A stretch of DNA of 64,000 nt from Octopus sinensis. Taxonomy: Eukaryota. The notes beneath the pieces are model-generated. The model was not told where the DNA came from and did no database searches. It saw only the letters and a list, made by a program, of their open reading frames with translations. Positions 36,085 through 49,198 of the stretch are shown piece after piece. A program made the translations under genes and the position numbers. Location of the stretch: contig NW_021835988.1 of the NCBI RefSeq assembly GCF_006345805.1, forward strand, positions 391,142-455,141, written 5' to 3'. Position 1 is the stretch's first letter. Each line of letters opens with the position of its first letter.

Positions 36085-38103
36085 CAGCGGTTCCCAACCA
36101 GGGGTGCCAGCAAAAATTTAGGGGGTGAAGATTTTAAAGATTTATAGTTAATTTTTAAAGAGCAAATATTTTTTCAAATCTGAAATCTATTATTTTTAGA
36201 TTATATTCGAAAAAATATATTATTATATCTAAGTTTTCAGATTGTCACGTTTATTATTTGTTGTTATGAAAAAGAGAAAGTAGAATGATGATTATGTCCG
36301 TTTTGGATTTACATATACTAAAATCGATGATCTCCAAAGGCCCAAATGTTTCTTATGTGAGGCTACATTCTCTAACCGGAATATGAAACCTTCCAAACTG
36401 GAACAGAACTTTATACATAAACGTGGTGGAACTAATAGTAGCGGCAATGATTTCAAATCTCTAAAAATAAAGAGAACTCGATATGATTCGTAAGTGACTC
36501 TTTAACTTTGTATATCTTGACAAACCGATTTTGCTGGCTTCTTATAAAGTTGCCAATAACATCGCAAAGTCTAAAAATCCACATACAGTCGGAGAAGATT
36601 TGATTAAAACATTTCATTGGAAATGGTCTCATTAATACTCGGAACAGAGTCAAGACAAAGGATTGAAACAGTCCCGCTATCCAATAATATAATTCACAGT
36701 CGGATATGTGAGTTAAGAAATGATATTTGTCCCAAATTATTACAGAGATCAAATCAAGTCCTTTCCTTATATCTCTTCAGTTGGACGAATCAACTGATGT
36801 CTCTAGTTAACATTGTTAAAGATTTTTTTATGAAACATGATTTGGATACCCAGACAATAGGGTCTATTTGTACAGACGGTGCTCCAGCAATGCTGAGAAA
36901 TATGTCCGGTTTTGGTGGGCTATTAAAGAATGAAATTCCGAACATAAGGACTACGCATTGTTTTCTTCATCGCTATGTATTAGCTGTTAAAACTCTCCCC
37001 CCATTGTTGAAAAATGTACTTGGCACCACTTTAAAAATTATTAACTGGATAAGAGGTCGTGCTATGAACCATCGAATTTTTAAAACAATTTGCAGTGATC
37101 TTGGCAACAATCATTCTATTTTATTATTTCATACCGAAATTCGCTGGCTCTCACGAGGTCAAGTTTTAACCCGCATCTTTGAGTTAAGAGAAGAAGTAAA
37201 ATTATTTCTTCATAAATATAATCATGATTTATTGCTATATTTGGAATCCCATGAATTTATCCAGATGCTGTCTTATTTTACATTTTTACTCACATGAATA
37301 ATTTGACTTTATCTCTTCAAGGTACAGATGTTAACATACTCAAATGACATGAAAAAATGGCTGCATTCAAAAATAAATTATCTCTTTGGCGTCGGCGAAT
37401 AGAAACATACAATGTCACGAATTTCCCAACCTTAGAAAAGGTGGTCGACAATTCAATGAATCCTACTTTTCGTAAAGAAATTATATCTCATTTAGAAGTA
37501 TTGTCCACGTCTTTTGAAGGATATTTCGGAAAGGATCTAAATATTACGGATGAATGGATTTTGAGTCCATTTTCGTATAATCTGAAAATTATGTCAGATG
37601 ATCATGAACTCAAAGAAGGTCTAATTGATCTTCGAACAAAACAAAGCACTTATAATTCAGTTTCACAATTGTACATTGGAACAGTTTAGGAGTTCAGTAG
37701 TGAAAATGTATCCAAAATTATCTCAAAAGGCTTTGTATGAAATTATTCCATTTGCAACGACATACTTATGCGAGTCAGGATTCAGCTCTCTTTTGGCAAT
37801 TAAAACTAAATACAGAAATCGCCTGAATCCTGAACATGACATTCGTATTGCGATTAGCAAAAAAATGCCAAGATTTGACAAAATCATTGAAAATAAACAA
37901 GAACAAAGAAACCATTAATTGTTTACTTTTGTTCTTGTGTGACTGTATACTTTAATTAATTTAAACTTTATTGTGTTTAATGTTAAATTTTTAATTTTTT
38001 CGATTAACAAACTTCTGGTTAAATAATAATATGTTCTGGGCGTGCGAGAGTTTGTACAAAAATATTTAGGGGTGCGAGCTCTAAAAATGGTTGGGAACCT
38101 CTG
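36085..38103 (+). mobile_element. hAT/Buster transposon with a decayed transposase
   Basis: TIRs cagcggttcccaacc / ggttgggaacctctg; TSD ttgtaaat / ttgcaaat; TDGAPAM, HCFLHR, TEIRWLSRG, TTYLCESGFS. Confidence 0.93.
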
Positions 38104-38279
38104 TTGCAAATAGTAATAAGAGGATGACCGATGTGTGGTATCTGATACAAAGAATTGAATATTCTAAAAGTAAGGGAATTCACTTTTCTATTGAATTAAA
38201 AAATGAAAATACAAAATGAAACTTTGACTTTTATACCAATGTGAAGACTCATCTTCAACTGAAACAACCTTAAATCCAA

Positions 38280-39248
38280 TCTCCCGCATTTCCAAACTTG
38301 AATCCCATTTGGGACTTTTCTTGCTCAAAAACTATCTCTTTATACCGAAGCTAACTTATCTCATGCACTCATCGCCCTGCTTTCTCGAACAAAATCATTT
38401 GTCTCGTCTCGACAACATGGTCTCCAAAGCTCTTGAGCTTCTCGTAAATATTAAATTCAAACCTTCAGACATGCGACGGGTTAATTTATTTATTCGCTAC
38501 GGGGGCATCGGCATTCGTTCTTGTGTTGATTTATCCCTCCCATGTTACCTTTCCTCGTTGTCTGCTTCTGCTAGTTCCTTCAACTCTGTTCTTTTCCCCT
38601 CCCCTGAACAGCCCGAGTTGTTTAAATATACGGCGGGTGTCAACATGTGGATTTCTCGTGGGCTTAAAATCCCGGACGTCCCCTCAGTTCAAAAGAAATG
38701 GGATGATATACATTGTTCCCATGTACTTAAAGATATCCGCCTACGTGCTGACCAGTTTCAGTTGGCAAGCATTAATTGTGCCTGTCAACCCCACTCGGCC
38801 GATTGGCTTGACGCTTTGCCGATTTCCTCTGCTGGAATGTTGCTGGACGACGAATCTGTCCGCATCGGAATCTGTTTACGGCTTGGCATAGAGATTTGCC
38901 AGCCACATCAGTCCAGATGCGGAAAGGACATTGACAGGAGAGGGCTACACCCCCTCTCTTGTCGCCGGCCGTATACCCAGACATGCCGCCTTGAATGATA
39001 TTGTCAAGCGCGCGCTCTACGCCGCTGGATTCCCTTCGGTCCTGGAGCCGGTTGGGTTAGACCGTGGCGACGGAAAACGTCCCGATGGGTCCACGCTTTT
39101 CCCGTTCAAGGGGGGACTCGCTCTCGTTTGGGACGTCACCTGTGTCGACTCGTTTTCCTTGTCATCTCTCATGGACTCTGCCTCCCGCCCTGACTCTCAG
39201 CCTCCGCACATGCCGAAACGAAAAAAATCACAAAGTACGCCTCACTGG
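38280..39248 (+). mobile_element. CRE-like element fragment (thumb to RLE); its 3' tip resumes at 39493-39545
   Basis: [46 protein letters not shown]. Confidence 0.9.
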
Positions 39249-39689
39249 TTGTTTCTGTCTCTTCAAATGCTTTACCAGCATCGTACAAAGTTTCTTACAG
39301 GATTGGAAAATGTAAAAAACCAAACAATATCGGAGAAACTCTAGTTTTGCCAGCAGGTATCGATATGGTTGAAGTAATGTTTAGCGAATCCTGTGTGAAG
39401 ATATGGATTCAAAATATACATCGCATTTATACTATTGTGAGGTGACTGGCTATCTTGTGCAAAAGCGATTCGAAGAATGTTTGAACTCGAAGACTGCCTG
39501 TCTATTCGCTCGTCCTCTCAATCCAAGAATTAACGTGGATCATTTCATCAAGCAATAATTAAATTGTCATATTCTTTCTTTTCACTTTAAAAAAAAATTC
39601 GGATTTATAAAATGGACGTTAGTTCAAAAAATAACGAATGATAAGTTAATAAAGTGTAATGCTAGACCTACATTTTGCTAGTTAGTTAG

Positions 39690-40130
39690 TTAGTTAATGC
39701 ACGTCCGCGTTGCCAGTAAACAAAGTTTATGATTTCGCTTGTGCCATGTTTTTAACTATTCTTGTCGTTAGCCCCTTCCATTCCTTCCGTCGTCTTGCCC
39801 TCTTTCCGATTTCGTCTAGATCGTCTGCATCCATCAATCGGCCTCCGATCATAGCATATTCCTTCGTAAGTATTCCCGGAAGACAGTCCCTTGGACGTCC
39901 TCTATAATTAGAGTATTTAGTATGGCCGAAAAATTCTTCCATGGCCATATTGCAAGGTGTTTCTTCATTCGTAAGATATGTCCAAACAGGCGCCAGCGGG
40001 TTTCAAGTACATTTAGACTTATAGCCCCACAGTTGCTAACTCTTGCGATAGTACGCTCTAATTCTTTCTCAATCGCGTCGGCTTCCCGTCCATGAAGCTT
40101 TCGAATACTTTACCGAATTCTTTTTTTCGT
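39690..40130 (-). mobile_element. RTE LINE 3' fragment
   Basis: RWRLFGHIL..AMEEFF..RGRPRDCLP; (TAAC)n tail. Confidence 0.8.
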
Positions 40131-41305
40131 AATAAGCAACATATTATTTAAAAAAAATTTTATATTTCGAAGAATAAAGTCATAATTTTATTGGAATTTT
40201 CGCATGACACATTTATATTTGACTTTAGCGTGAAAAAAGAAATGGTATGTCTCTATTTATTATTAGGAGCGTTAGTTTTTCAAACAATTGGTAATTTTAA
40301 ATTTAATGTGAAATCTATCCATAGGCTATCCATGGAAATTGAAAATTTTTTTTGATAACATCCCTGTTTGCTTTATAATTAATAACTATAGAGAAACGAT
40401 GTTCTAACGGCAAAACAAGTGATAATTTTTAGCTATATAATAGGCTCTCTCTGATGCAATTGAAATAACCGAAGTTGATAGGTCAAATAAATTAAATCAC
40501 TTGGTTATCAAAATAGAGTTCGTTTTATTATTTTTAATCTTTCAAAGTGAAGAAAACAAAATTATGGATAAAATATACACCGAGGATGAGAGTAAAGTAA
40601 TATACGTAAAATACCACAATAAAAATGTAATTAAAATTAAATTTATATAATAATACTAGCTCGGCAGCTCGCTTCGCTCACCGCGACCTAGCTCCTGCGG
40701 AGGGCCTGTTTCATCAAACAACTATAAGTTTATGTAGATGTATAAAACTACCTGGTTTAATGTAACCCTATTCTATCGCCTGTTGATAAACGATGTTTGT
40801 CGTCCGTCCTTCCTTGGCATATATGAATAAATTTTCTCTTCTGCCTACCCTCGAGCATCCCACATACAGCTGTCCATGTGAAAAGCACTCACTCTCTAAA
40901 AATAACCCAACTACCTTTAATGACTGTCCCTGGGCCTTGTTTATTGTCATTGCAAACTTTTTTTTCATTTTTGTGGTCTATTTTTTTATATTTAATTTTT
41001 TCATTTTTCCTTTGTAATTTCCTTTTTTTTCTTTTTTTATTTTTTTGTTTTTTACTGGCGGAAATGGGGCAGGGGGAGATGCGGCAGGCAAGAAAGCGAC
41101 ACACAAAAAAGATTTAATTAATTACCTTATTAAGCTGACCGTTTTTTCTTCAGCTTCGTTTTTCCTCCTTCGGTTATCTATTTAAAAAATTATTTTTGAA
41201 TAATAAAAAAGTTTAGGAAAAGAGGCATACCGAAAATAAATTCTATCTTTACGAAAAACTCAAGTAAATAGTTAATATTTTTACGCAAATTCTTCTGATT
41301 GCGCT

Positions 41306-41510
41306 GTCAATTGGTGGTAAATTGTGTTAATGGTTGTGCTAATGTGGTTTCAACTATCAAAGTGTTTTTCAAAATCTGTTAATTGCACACTCTATTCAAG
41401 GTCGTGCGTCAATTGGTGGTAAATTGTGTTAATGATTGTGCTAATGTGGTTTCAACTATCAAAGTGGTTTTTCAAAATCTGTTAATTGCACACTCTATTC
41501 AAAGTCGTGC
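41306..41510. repeat. ~102-bp tandem dimer inside the Helitron
   Basis: gtcaattggtggtaaattgtgttaat...cactctattcaa.gtcgtgc occurs twice. Confidence 0.9.
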
Positions 41511-41719
41511 AATCTGTGATTGCACATTCTGTCAAAGTCAAATATGATAATAGCTTTAATTTTGATTCATGGTCGATAATGATATATGCATTAATTTTAA
41601 AGAGAAAAACATAGGATGAATTGAATTTCTTTATCGCGAATAATTGGGAGTTCATCATTGTTAATATTCTCGCTGTCGTTTTCATCAAGGATATTCTTAA
41701 TACGTGAGATTTTTGCCTT

Positions 41720-43175
41720 GAAGGTTTTAATGGACCTCATCATGAATGTCGAGGACATTCGCGTTGTTCATTTTAATCAAAATGCAGAAAATAATTTTTT
41801 GATTTTTTGGGGGAAGGTTTTAAGGACTTCATCATGTAAGTCGAGGACATTGTAGTTGTTCATTTTAACCAAAATGCAGAAAATTTTTTTTTAATTTTTT
41901 TTGGGAGGGAAGGTTTTAAGGACTTCATCATGTAAGTCGAGGACATTGTAGTTGTTCATTTTAACCAAAATGCAGAAAATTTTTTTTTAATTTTTTTGGG
42001 GGGGAAGGTTTTAAGGACTTCATCATGTAAGTCGAGGACATTGTAGTTGTTCATTTTAACCAAAATGCAGAAAATTTTTTTTTAATTTTTTGGGGGGGAA
42101 GGTTTTAAGGACTTCATCATGTAAGTCGAGGACATTGTAGTTGTTCATTTTAACCAAAATGCAGAAAATTTTTTTTTAATTTTTTTGGGGGGGAAGGTTT
42201 TAAGGACTTCATCATGTAAGTCGAGGACATTGTAGTTGTTCATTTTAACCAAAATGCAGAAAATTTTTTTTAATTTTTTTTGGGGGGGAAGGTTTTAAGG
42301 ACTTCATCATGTAAGTCGAGGACATTGTAGTTGTTCATTTTAACCAAAATGCAGAAAATTTTTTTTTAATTTTTTTTGGGGGGAAGGTTTTAAGGACTTC
42401 ATCATGTAAGTCGAGGACATTGTAGTTGTTCATTTTAACCAAAATGCAGAAAATTTTTTTTTAATTTTTTTTGGGGGGGAAGGTTTTAAGGACTTCATCA
42501 TGTAAGTCGAGGACATTGTAGTTGTTCATTTTAACCAAAATGCAGAAAATTTTTTTTTAATTTTTTTGGGGGGGAAGGTTTTAAGGACTTCATCATGTAA
42601 GTCGAGGACATTGTAGTTGTTCATTTTAACCAAAATGCAGAAATTTTTTTTAATTTTTTTGGGGGGGAAGGTTTTAAGGACTTCATCATGTAAGTCGAGG
42701 ACATTGTAGTTGTTCATTTTAACCAAAATGCAGAAAATTTTTTTTAATTTTTTTGGGGGGGAAGGTTTTAAGGACTTCATCATGTAAGTCGAGGACATTG
42801 TAGTTGTTCATTTTAACCAAAATGCAGAAAATTTTTTTTTAATTTTTTTGGGGGGAAGGTTTTAAGGACTTCATCATGTAAGTCGAGGACATTGTAGTTG
42901 TTCATTTTAACCAAAATGCAGAAAATTTTTTTTTAATTTTTTGGGGGGGGAAGGTTTTAAGGACTTCATCATGTAAGTCGAGGACATTGTAGTTGTTCAT
43001 TTTAACCAAAATGCAGAAAATTTTTTTTTAATTTTTTTGGGGGGGAAGGTTTTAAGGACTTCATCATGTAAGTCGAGGACATTGTAGTTGTTCATTTTAA
43101 CCAAAATGCAGAAAATTTTTTTTTTATTTTTTTGGGGGAAGGTTTTAAGGACCTCATCATGTAAGTCGAGGACAT
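41720..43175. repeat. Tandem array of ~15.5 units of ~95 bp
   Basis: 16 tcgaggacat motifs spaced 92-96 bp apart; inner units differ almost only in homopolymer length. Confidence 0.97.
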
Positions 43176-44108
43176 CGTATTGCCAATTTGAAGTTGGTGT
43201 GCACACACAGACAGACAGACAGACAGACACACAGACAGACACACAGACAGACAGACAGACAGACACACACCATACCATTTTATTATTAAGATATTACACT
43301 TGTTTGGTTTGTTTGATTCAAACAATACAAATAGTATTATGAATAATACTTTGTGGTAATTCTAAATCATTCTTATTTAAGTAATCGAATATTGTTAGAA
43401 AAAGAGTTAAATTATCTTCGAAATATGAACCATCTTATAAATGACAGTAATCAAAAATTTATTTTTTCAGCAACTTTATCACTTCTTTTGAAAAGTAGAA
43501 TAACACCAACAGAAAAGCCAACAACAGTGTCCATGAAAAGTAGAATAACATCAACAGAAAAGCCATCAACAGTGTCCTTTAAAAGTCGAATAACACCAAC
43601 AGAAAAGCCATTAGATAGCACACGTCCTACTTCAAAATGTATATATTTATTATTATTTTGCAAATCGTGTTATTCCTGTTAAAAATAATTTAAATTTGAA
43701 ACCAATAAATGTGAAAAAATTTGAAATGCTGTATCTCATACCTATTTTCGTTGCACTTCTGATTATTTTGTTTATTGCCGTCATTATAGTAAGAAAAAAG
43801 AGAAAATCGGTTAAATGGAATAATTTAGAGGAGTAATTTTAAATTCAAATTTTATTAATAGAAATCCATATCATCAGGAGCCCCAAATAAATTAAAAATA
43901 TAATAATAAATTATTGATATTAACAAAGATTCTTTGGTTCTATGATTTTCATTTATTCTATAATCTTAGAAACTTAGTTTATAATTGAAAATTACGATTA
44001 ATTTCAAAATAAATTAGATTCTATTCACAATAAAAATTAAATTCAGAGGAAAACTATGGATAAAACATGCTGCAATTGCAATAGTTTTGAGAAATTTTTA
44101 GATTAGAT

Positions 44109-45294
44109 CAGGGGTCGGCAAATACTTTTGGAGAAGAGCCAATTTTGAACATTTTTGGAAATTTCGAAAAATTGAAGAGCCACCTTTTACCACTTGTCAA
44201 AAATTTAAATTCATAAAATTAAATAGACATTAATTTAAAAAATAATTAAGAATTCATTTTAAAAAATTAAATTAATCAGACGCATTAATGAGAAATGTGA
44301 TTCCTCATTTCTTTGATGAGTTGGTTAATGTCTGGGTCGTAAGTCGTTAATTTTAATCTGAGGTTAGATTCCAAATTCGAATCTGTAATTTTGTTCCTTA
44401 ATTTAGATTTTATATAATTCATATAAGAAAAACTTTGTTCACACATATAAGTGGACCCGAATATTGTCAAAATTCCGTATGCAAATTTTTTTAATTCATA
44501 ATAAGAATCTGGAAGAGAATTCAAGTTTCGAAAATCACATCTTCAAGTTTCTTTTGTATAACATTAATATCATTTTTAATTTTACCAGACAATGTTTCTG
44601 TTTCAAGGTTTCAAGTAATTCTGAAAGGCGAATAAATTTTGATGCCCATAATTCCTTGCATGTCAAGTCCAATAGCTGCATTTCGAACTCAGCTGCGTTG
44701 ATTTCAAAGTTCTTCAGAGGTTTTAATGAAACATGCCTTTATAAATTCGCCATCGGTAAATGGTTTTCCCCTTTTTGCGATCTCGTGGCTTGTCAAAAAA
44801 CTGGCAATATTTGCAGTCCTGGCATTGTGATACCAATATTTAAAAGCGGAATTCTCAATCTGATTATTCTTTGCAAGTTTTTCTACAGCTTTCTTTCGGG
44901 AATCACTAATTGGATATTTTTTTGCGAAATTTGAGTGTTTTGTGTTAAAGTGTCTCTCTAAATTTGACTTTTTATTTTGATTCAAAGTTTCCTGGCAAAT
45001 GAGACATTTCGGTAGTTGTTCTGAATTAGACGTGAATGCAAAAATTTCAGTCCATTTTGATTGAAAATGTCGCCCATTATCGATTTTTTTATTAATTTTT
45101 TTATTGCTAGTCATATATCGATGTACCACAAAAAATTAATGTTAAACGTGCAAAGATTTTTTGTTATTAACAAAACAAAAAAAATAGTTAAAAATTAAAA
45201 TCATTTATTAAAAAAATAGTTAAAAATTGAAAGAGCCTACCGTAAGATTTAAAGAGCCTTCAAAGGCTCGCGAGCCTGCTTTTGCCGACCCCTG
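44109..45294 (-). mobile_element. Internally deleted hAT (GTF2IRD2/EPM2AIP1-like)
   Basis: TIR caggggtcggcaaa; perfect TSD gattagat; BED finger PKCLIC..RHFNTKH, KPFTDGEFIK, FGSTYMCEQSFS. Confidence 0.95.
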
Positions 45295-45459
45295 GATTAG
45301 ATCATATAAAATTAATTCTTGCTATTTAAACTGCTTTTCGGAGTAAAATGACTAAATTTCCGTCTAAAGCAGTGTTTTTTAAACTAGGGTCCGCGGTTTT
45401 TTTAAACTTCGGAGCAATCTTTAGTACCGCGGTCATTTTTTGGACCGTGTAACAATCTG

Positions 45460-45999
45460 TCGTCAGTTCAATCTGTTGTTAGCAATGAATTTGTGGAGAT
45501 TCGTGTGGATACTACGATTAGTACGGATACAGCTGTGGCGAATAACAAACCTGATATATTTGTCCATGACAAAGTAAGGAATACAATCACCCTTATCGAA
45601 GTTGGGGTTACTTCGCAAAATTGCCTAAAGCAGGTCGAAGTTGAGAAGTTCCACAAATATGACTTATTGGCAAATGAACTTGAAGCAATTCATCACGCAA
45701 AAGTGAAAGTAATCCCTGTTGTAATGACCTGGGATGGAATTGTCTCAAGATTTTTCAAGGGTCATCTTGATGTCCTCAAGCTGGAAGAAAGAGTGAGAAC
45801 ATATATTCAGACAGTGGTTTTGAGGAAGACATTGGAGAGCATGCAGGCTGAAGAGAGGCATGGTATATCGATACCTAGTGAGGAGAAAGCTGAAACGGAA
45901 TGTCAACCAAGGGCAGCCTCAGAATGTGGAGTGTGCTTCGACGAGAACACACCCATACGGTCACTGGATTATGGGCCCAAAAAGAGAAGATTAAGCTAA
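45460..45999 (+). mobile_element. R4/Dong-like non-LTR RLE domain and 3' end; preceded by an orphan hAT left end at 45370
   Basis: VEIRVDT..NKPDIFVHDK..LIEVGVT..EKFHKYDLLANEL..IPVVMTWDG. Confidence 0.85.
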
Positions 46000-46439
46000 T
46001 TAATTAATTACTTTAACATGGATTTTTTAGTTAAAATAACTAACGATTTATAAACCTAAAAAATAGCCATTCTATAGCTTTATGGGAAGCATAACATAAG
46101 TGAAAGTTTGCATAAAAATGTATTTATTGTAGAATTCCATTTTTTATTAGCCTTCTATCTAAACGGCAAAGTTAATTGATTGACTTTGTATGCAGAGGAA
46201 TTTTTAACTCGACTACGGTCATCAACTCTTATTTTCTGAAGTATGGAGGTCCTTTCAATGGTCTTTTTAAACTAATTTTAAAATAAAACATAAAACTTTT
46301 CTAAATGAAATAAAACAAAATTAACGAGAACAAAAGAGATTATTTAATCAGTTAAATGAGAAAAGTAACCCAATGTAATCGCCATTAAATGAGGCTTCAT
46401 TTTAATTTCAAATCATTGTTATTAAGTCCAAATTCTTTC

Positions 46440-46975
46440 TTCAAGTAATTGAATTGATCGCAGTAGACTGTCGCCAAATCCCAGTATACTCCAAATTTTT
46501 AAGAAAATTAAGATTTTTTGATTCATCATGCCTGGACAGAACTTAGATATTTCAAGTTTTTAATTTGAATATCTCTAATTGTAGGACTTTCAATTAAAGA
46601 TTCGCGTGGCATTATGAAAATGCTTCCGGTAACGACAGAACAATGTTTAAATTGGTTGATGTTCAAATTGGTGATCGAAATGACTTCTCCCACGATTTCA
46701 CAAACTATTTTTTGTAAAGAAAAACATTTCTAAAACAAGAGTTGCTCAAAGAGTTCATTTTTATTGCGAGTCCATCAATTAATACTTTCCTTTCTCCACA
46801 TTCCAACTTATTTTCGCAATCATTAATTATTTGTGCCGTGAAATTTTTTGTGATCAAAAAATTTTTAACGAGTTTAGTGCCACACGGATATTTTATGAAC
46901 AAAATTCGCACTTTGCCGGAATCCAACGCGATTCTTTTGGTTTTGTTGCATTCTATAGATGAATAGTGAGCCAAG
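46440..46975 (-). pseudogene. EGFR/ErbB-like ectodomain relic (Cys-rich region to receptor L2 domain)
   Basis: VCEIVGEVISITNLNINQFKHCSVVTGSIFI and KNLNFLKNLEYTG resemble EGFR [22 protein letters not shown] and DLHAFENLEIIRG; stops and a deletion. Confidence 0.55.
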
Positions 46976-49198
46976 TTCCACCTTGTGAAGTCACGAGAAA
47001 AACCAGGGAGCTTAAAATCGTTAGATAACCAAGCATTTTAACGAACAGCAAATCCTTTATATTAATCTGGTTATGTAAGTCTAGGAGACACAATCAATAA
47101 TTAACAAAGATTAAAATATTATCATTTCGAACATAAAATGGAAATAAATTTTTGTCAGACTTAAAATAATCAGGATATAATGCTGATCTCTAGTCAATAA
47201 AAATAGAAACCAATTTGTTGTCATTTTTATTTAAATTAATATTCCATTCGTATTGATTTTTTGAAAAGGACGGGAATTTTTAAATTTTCTTTTTATTCAA
47301 CTCACGTTTAAAGTTTTTGACAGGTTTTATGGAAAAAACAAATCTTAAATAAAAACATTAAAATATATCTAAATTTCACTCATGAATAGTCGTGGTAATT
47401 TTAAAAAGTCAAGGATATTCATGTAAATACGTAATTTGTCATTTGTTATATTAAAATCATTTGATTTAAATACTTTAAACAAATCTTATTTTTTAATCAT
47501 TGATTAACTTCAAAGAAAATTCATTAACATCAACTTCAGTATTCATTACACATTGGAAAAATATCAGTGCATAGGCTTTTTTCGAATTTTTTTGCAGGGA
47601 AAAATCATTGCATCTAAGGTCGAAAATGAGACCTTTTAACCAGGTGTTTTTATTTCATCTTTTCAATAGCTTGCTTAAAGTCCACTTCAGAAGAGTAAGT
47701 GGGGTCTTTATTGAATGAAAAGAGACGAGACGAATGTGATCAATCAAGCCATTACAATAACGGTTTCTATCTTGTTCTTTTAAACAAATTTGGTCACGAA
47801 TGATTTCGATATCAAGTTTTTCTGATTTATTCTGGTATTCTTTTCCGTGCTCTCTTAGAACTTTTAAAGAACAGATGTTCCTGTGGTCCGCGAATCAGTT
47901 CAATGGCTTAAACAAGACGTGTGGCACTTGCTGAATCTTTTGATAAACTATTTTTTAGTTTCAAAGTCTAGCTTTTCTGCACTTCGAGCTGGAGAGCTAT
48001 TAATTGAAGTAGGCGCTCTTTGAGTTCTTCGTTTTTCCCCATTTGAGGCCTTTGAACTCGGCTGCATTTGCATCAGAAAGGTTGATATCAGCAATCTCTG
48101 CTTCTAATCGATTACGTCTTTCAATCTCCTTTATCATAGTGCTGTAGATTTCTTCGAAAAGAGCAGTCTTCTTTTTTATAATCTCTAACTACTTGATTTA
48201 AAACATTTTCTGATAGAAAAAATACATCTTCTGATAAAATAAATTTCATGCGGGAATGCCTCGTCCGATCATATCAATCTTATCGCATATCAAGGGTTTA
48301 AGCTCACCATAATGTAAACTTATTAATTTCTAACAGTAACTGTTACTGTTATTAATTTCTAACTCTATGTAAATCAAAAATTTTAAGAAAAGTAAAAAAA
48401 TAGATTTATTTCAATTCAATTTTTTTGTAATTATTAGATGTTTATAAGGCTTAAAATATAAACAAAAATATATAAAGTGGAAATGTAATAATCAAAATTA
48501 GTTGCGGTTCCGTTTTTGTTTAGGGATTTTTGAATTGAGGATGATATAATCTGATAGATATTGGCAATACACAGTATACTTCTGTATTTATGCTTTGGGT
48601 TCAAAGAAAATTGTTTCGTTCACTAAAGCAGCTCTTATAAACGGTAGCGATTTATGTTGCGATTAAGCAAAAGAAGCTGAGACCACAAAAAGACCCGAAT
48701 TGTTGGACAATTAAATTAGATGATCTAGAAAAATACAGACTTAATAAATATTTGCGAGCAAAATCTTTAACGTATTAAACGTGTTGAAAAAGTCCTATTA
48801 GAGGTGGGTTAACGACGACCAAGTCGACAGCTTTTGAACTTTTTAGGGCGTCTTCAATGCGTCCTTGACCGAATGAGACATTTTGAATGTGATTTTGCTT
48901 TGGTTTTTTTAAATTTTTTTTAATATAATTCAGGACATCCAGAGCACTATCTTCACAATGGTTTGTTTTGTTGAATTCTTTAGCAATGATTAGGCTAACG
49001 TAATTATTTAACGCGTATTATTATAGATCTATTTCGGATTTGTCGTAATCAAAATTAGAATTGTTGCAATTAAAACATACAGATCAAAACAATAGCATCT
49101 ATAAAACTAAATTTCATAAATTCCTTTACTTTTAAATAATGTTTAGACCCAAAAGAATCGTAGATTAAAAGTATAAACAAAATTGAATTAATAGTAAA

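Larger units (their letters stand above)
40656..43291 (-). mobile_element. Non-autonomous Helitron (2.6 kb) with a RepHel C-terminal remnant and an internal satellite
   Basis: 5' TCTTAATAATAAAA plus (GTCT)n; 3' CTAG; inserted at A|T with no TSD (empty site in the paralog ~32508); FAMTINKAQGQSL..FSHGQLYVGCSRV at 40768-40955. Confidence 0.93.
40242..43836 (+). pseudogene. Paralog of the 32070 membrane-protein gene, disrupted by a Helitron; stalk repeat expanded
   Basis: Segment ~31990-33230 is duplicated at ~40160-40655 plus 43292-44095; intron-5 acceptor lost; 45-nt repeat KSRITPTEKPTTVSM at 43491-43610. Confidence 0.8.

Noticed and set aside
41720-43175. CRISPR-like array or repeat-protein ORFs (42526, 42997, 43088, 43092)
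   Set aside because: No unique spacers; units are identical apart from homopolymers; it lies inside a Helitron, and the ORFs are by-products
47660-48200. Coiled-coil-like broken frames on the minus strand; similar unassigned scraps at 24450-25150, 30330-30730 and 55400-55860
   Set aside because: No recognisable family or consistent exon structure
48600-49090. Possible methyltransferase relic (minus strand GRIEDAL..DLVVVNPPLIGL)
   Set aside because: One short motif amid many stops; too weak to call without a search
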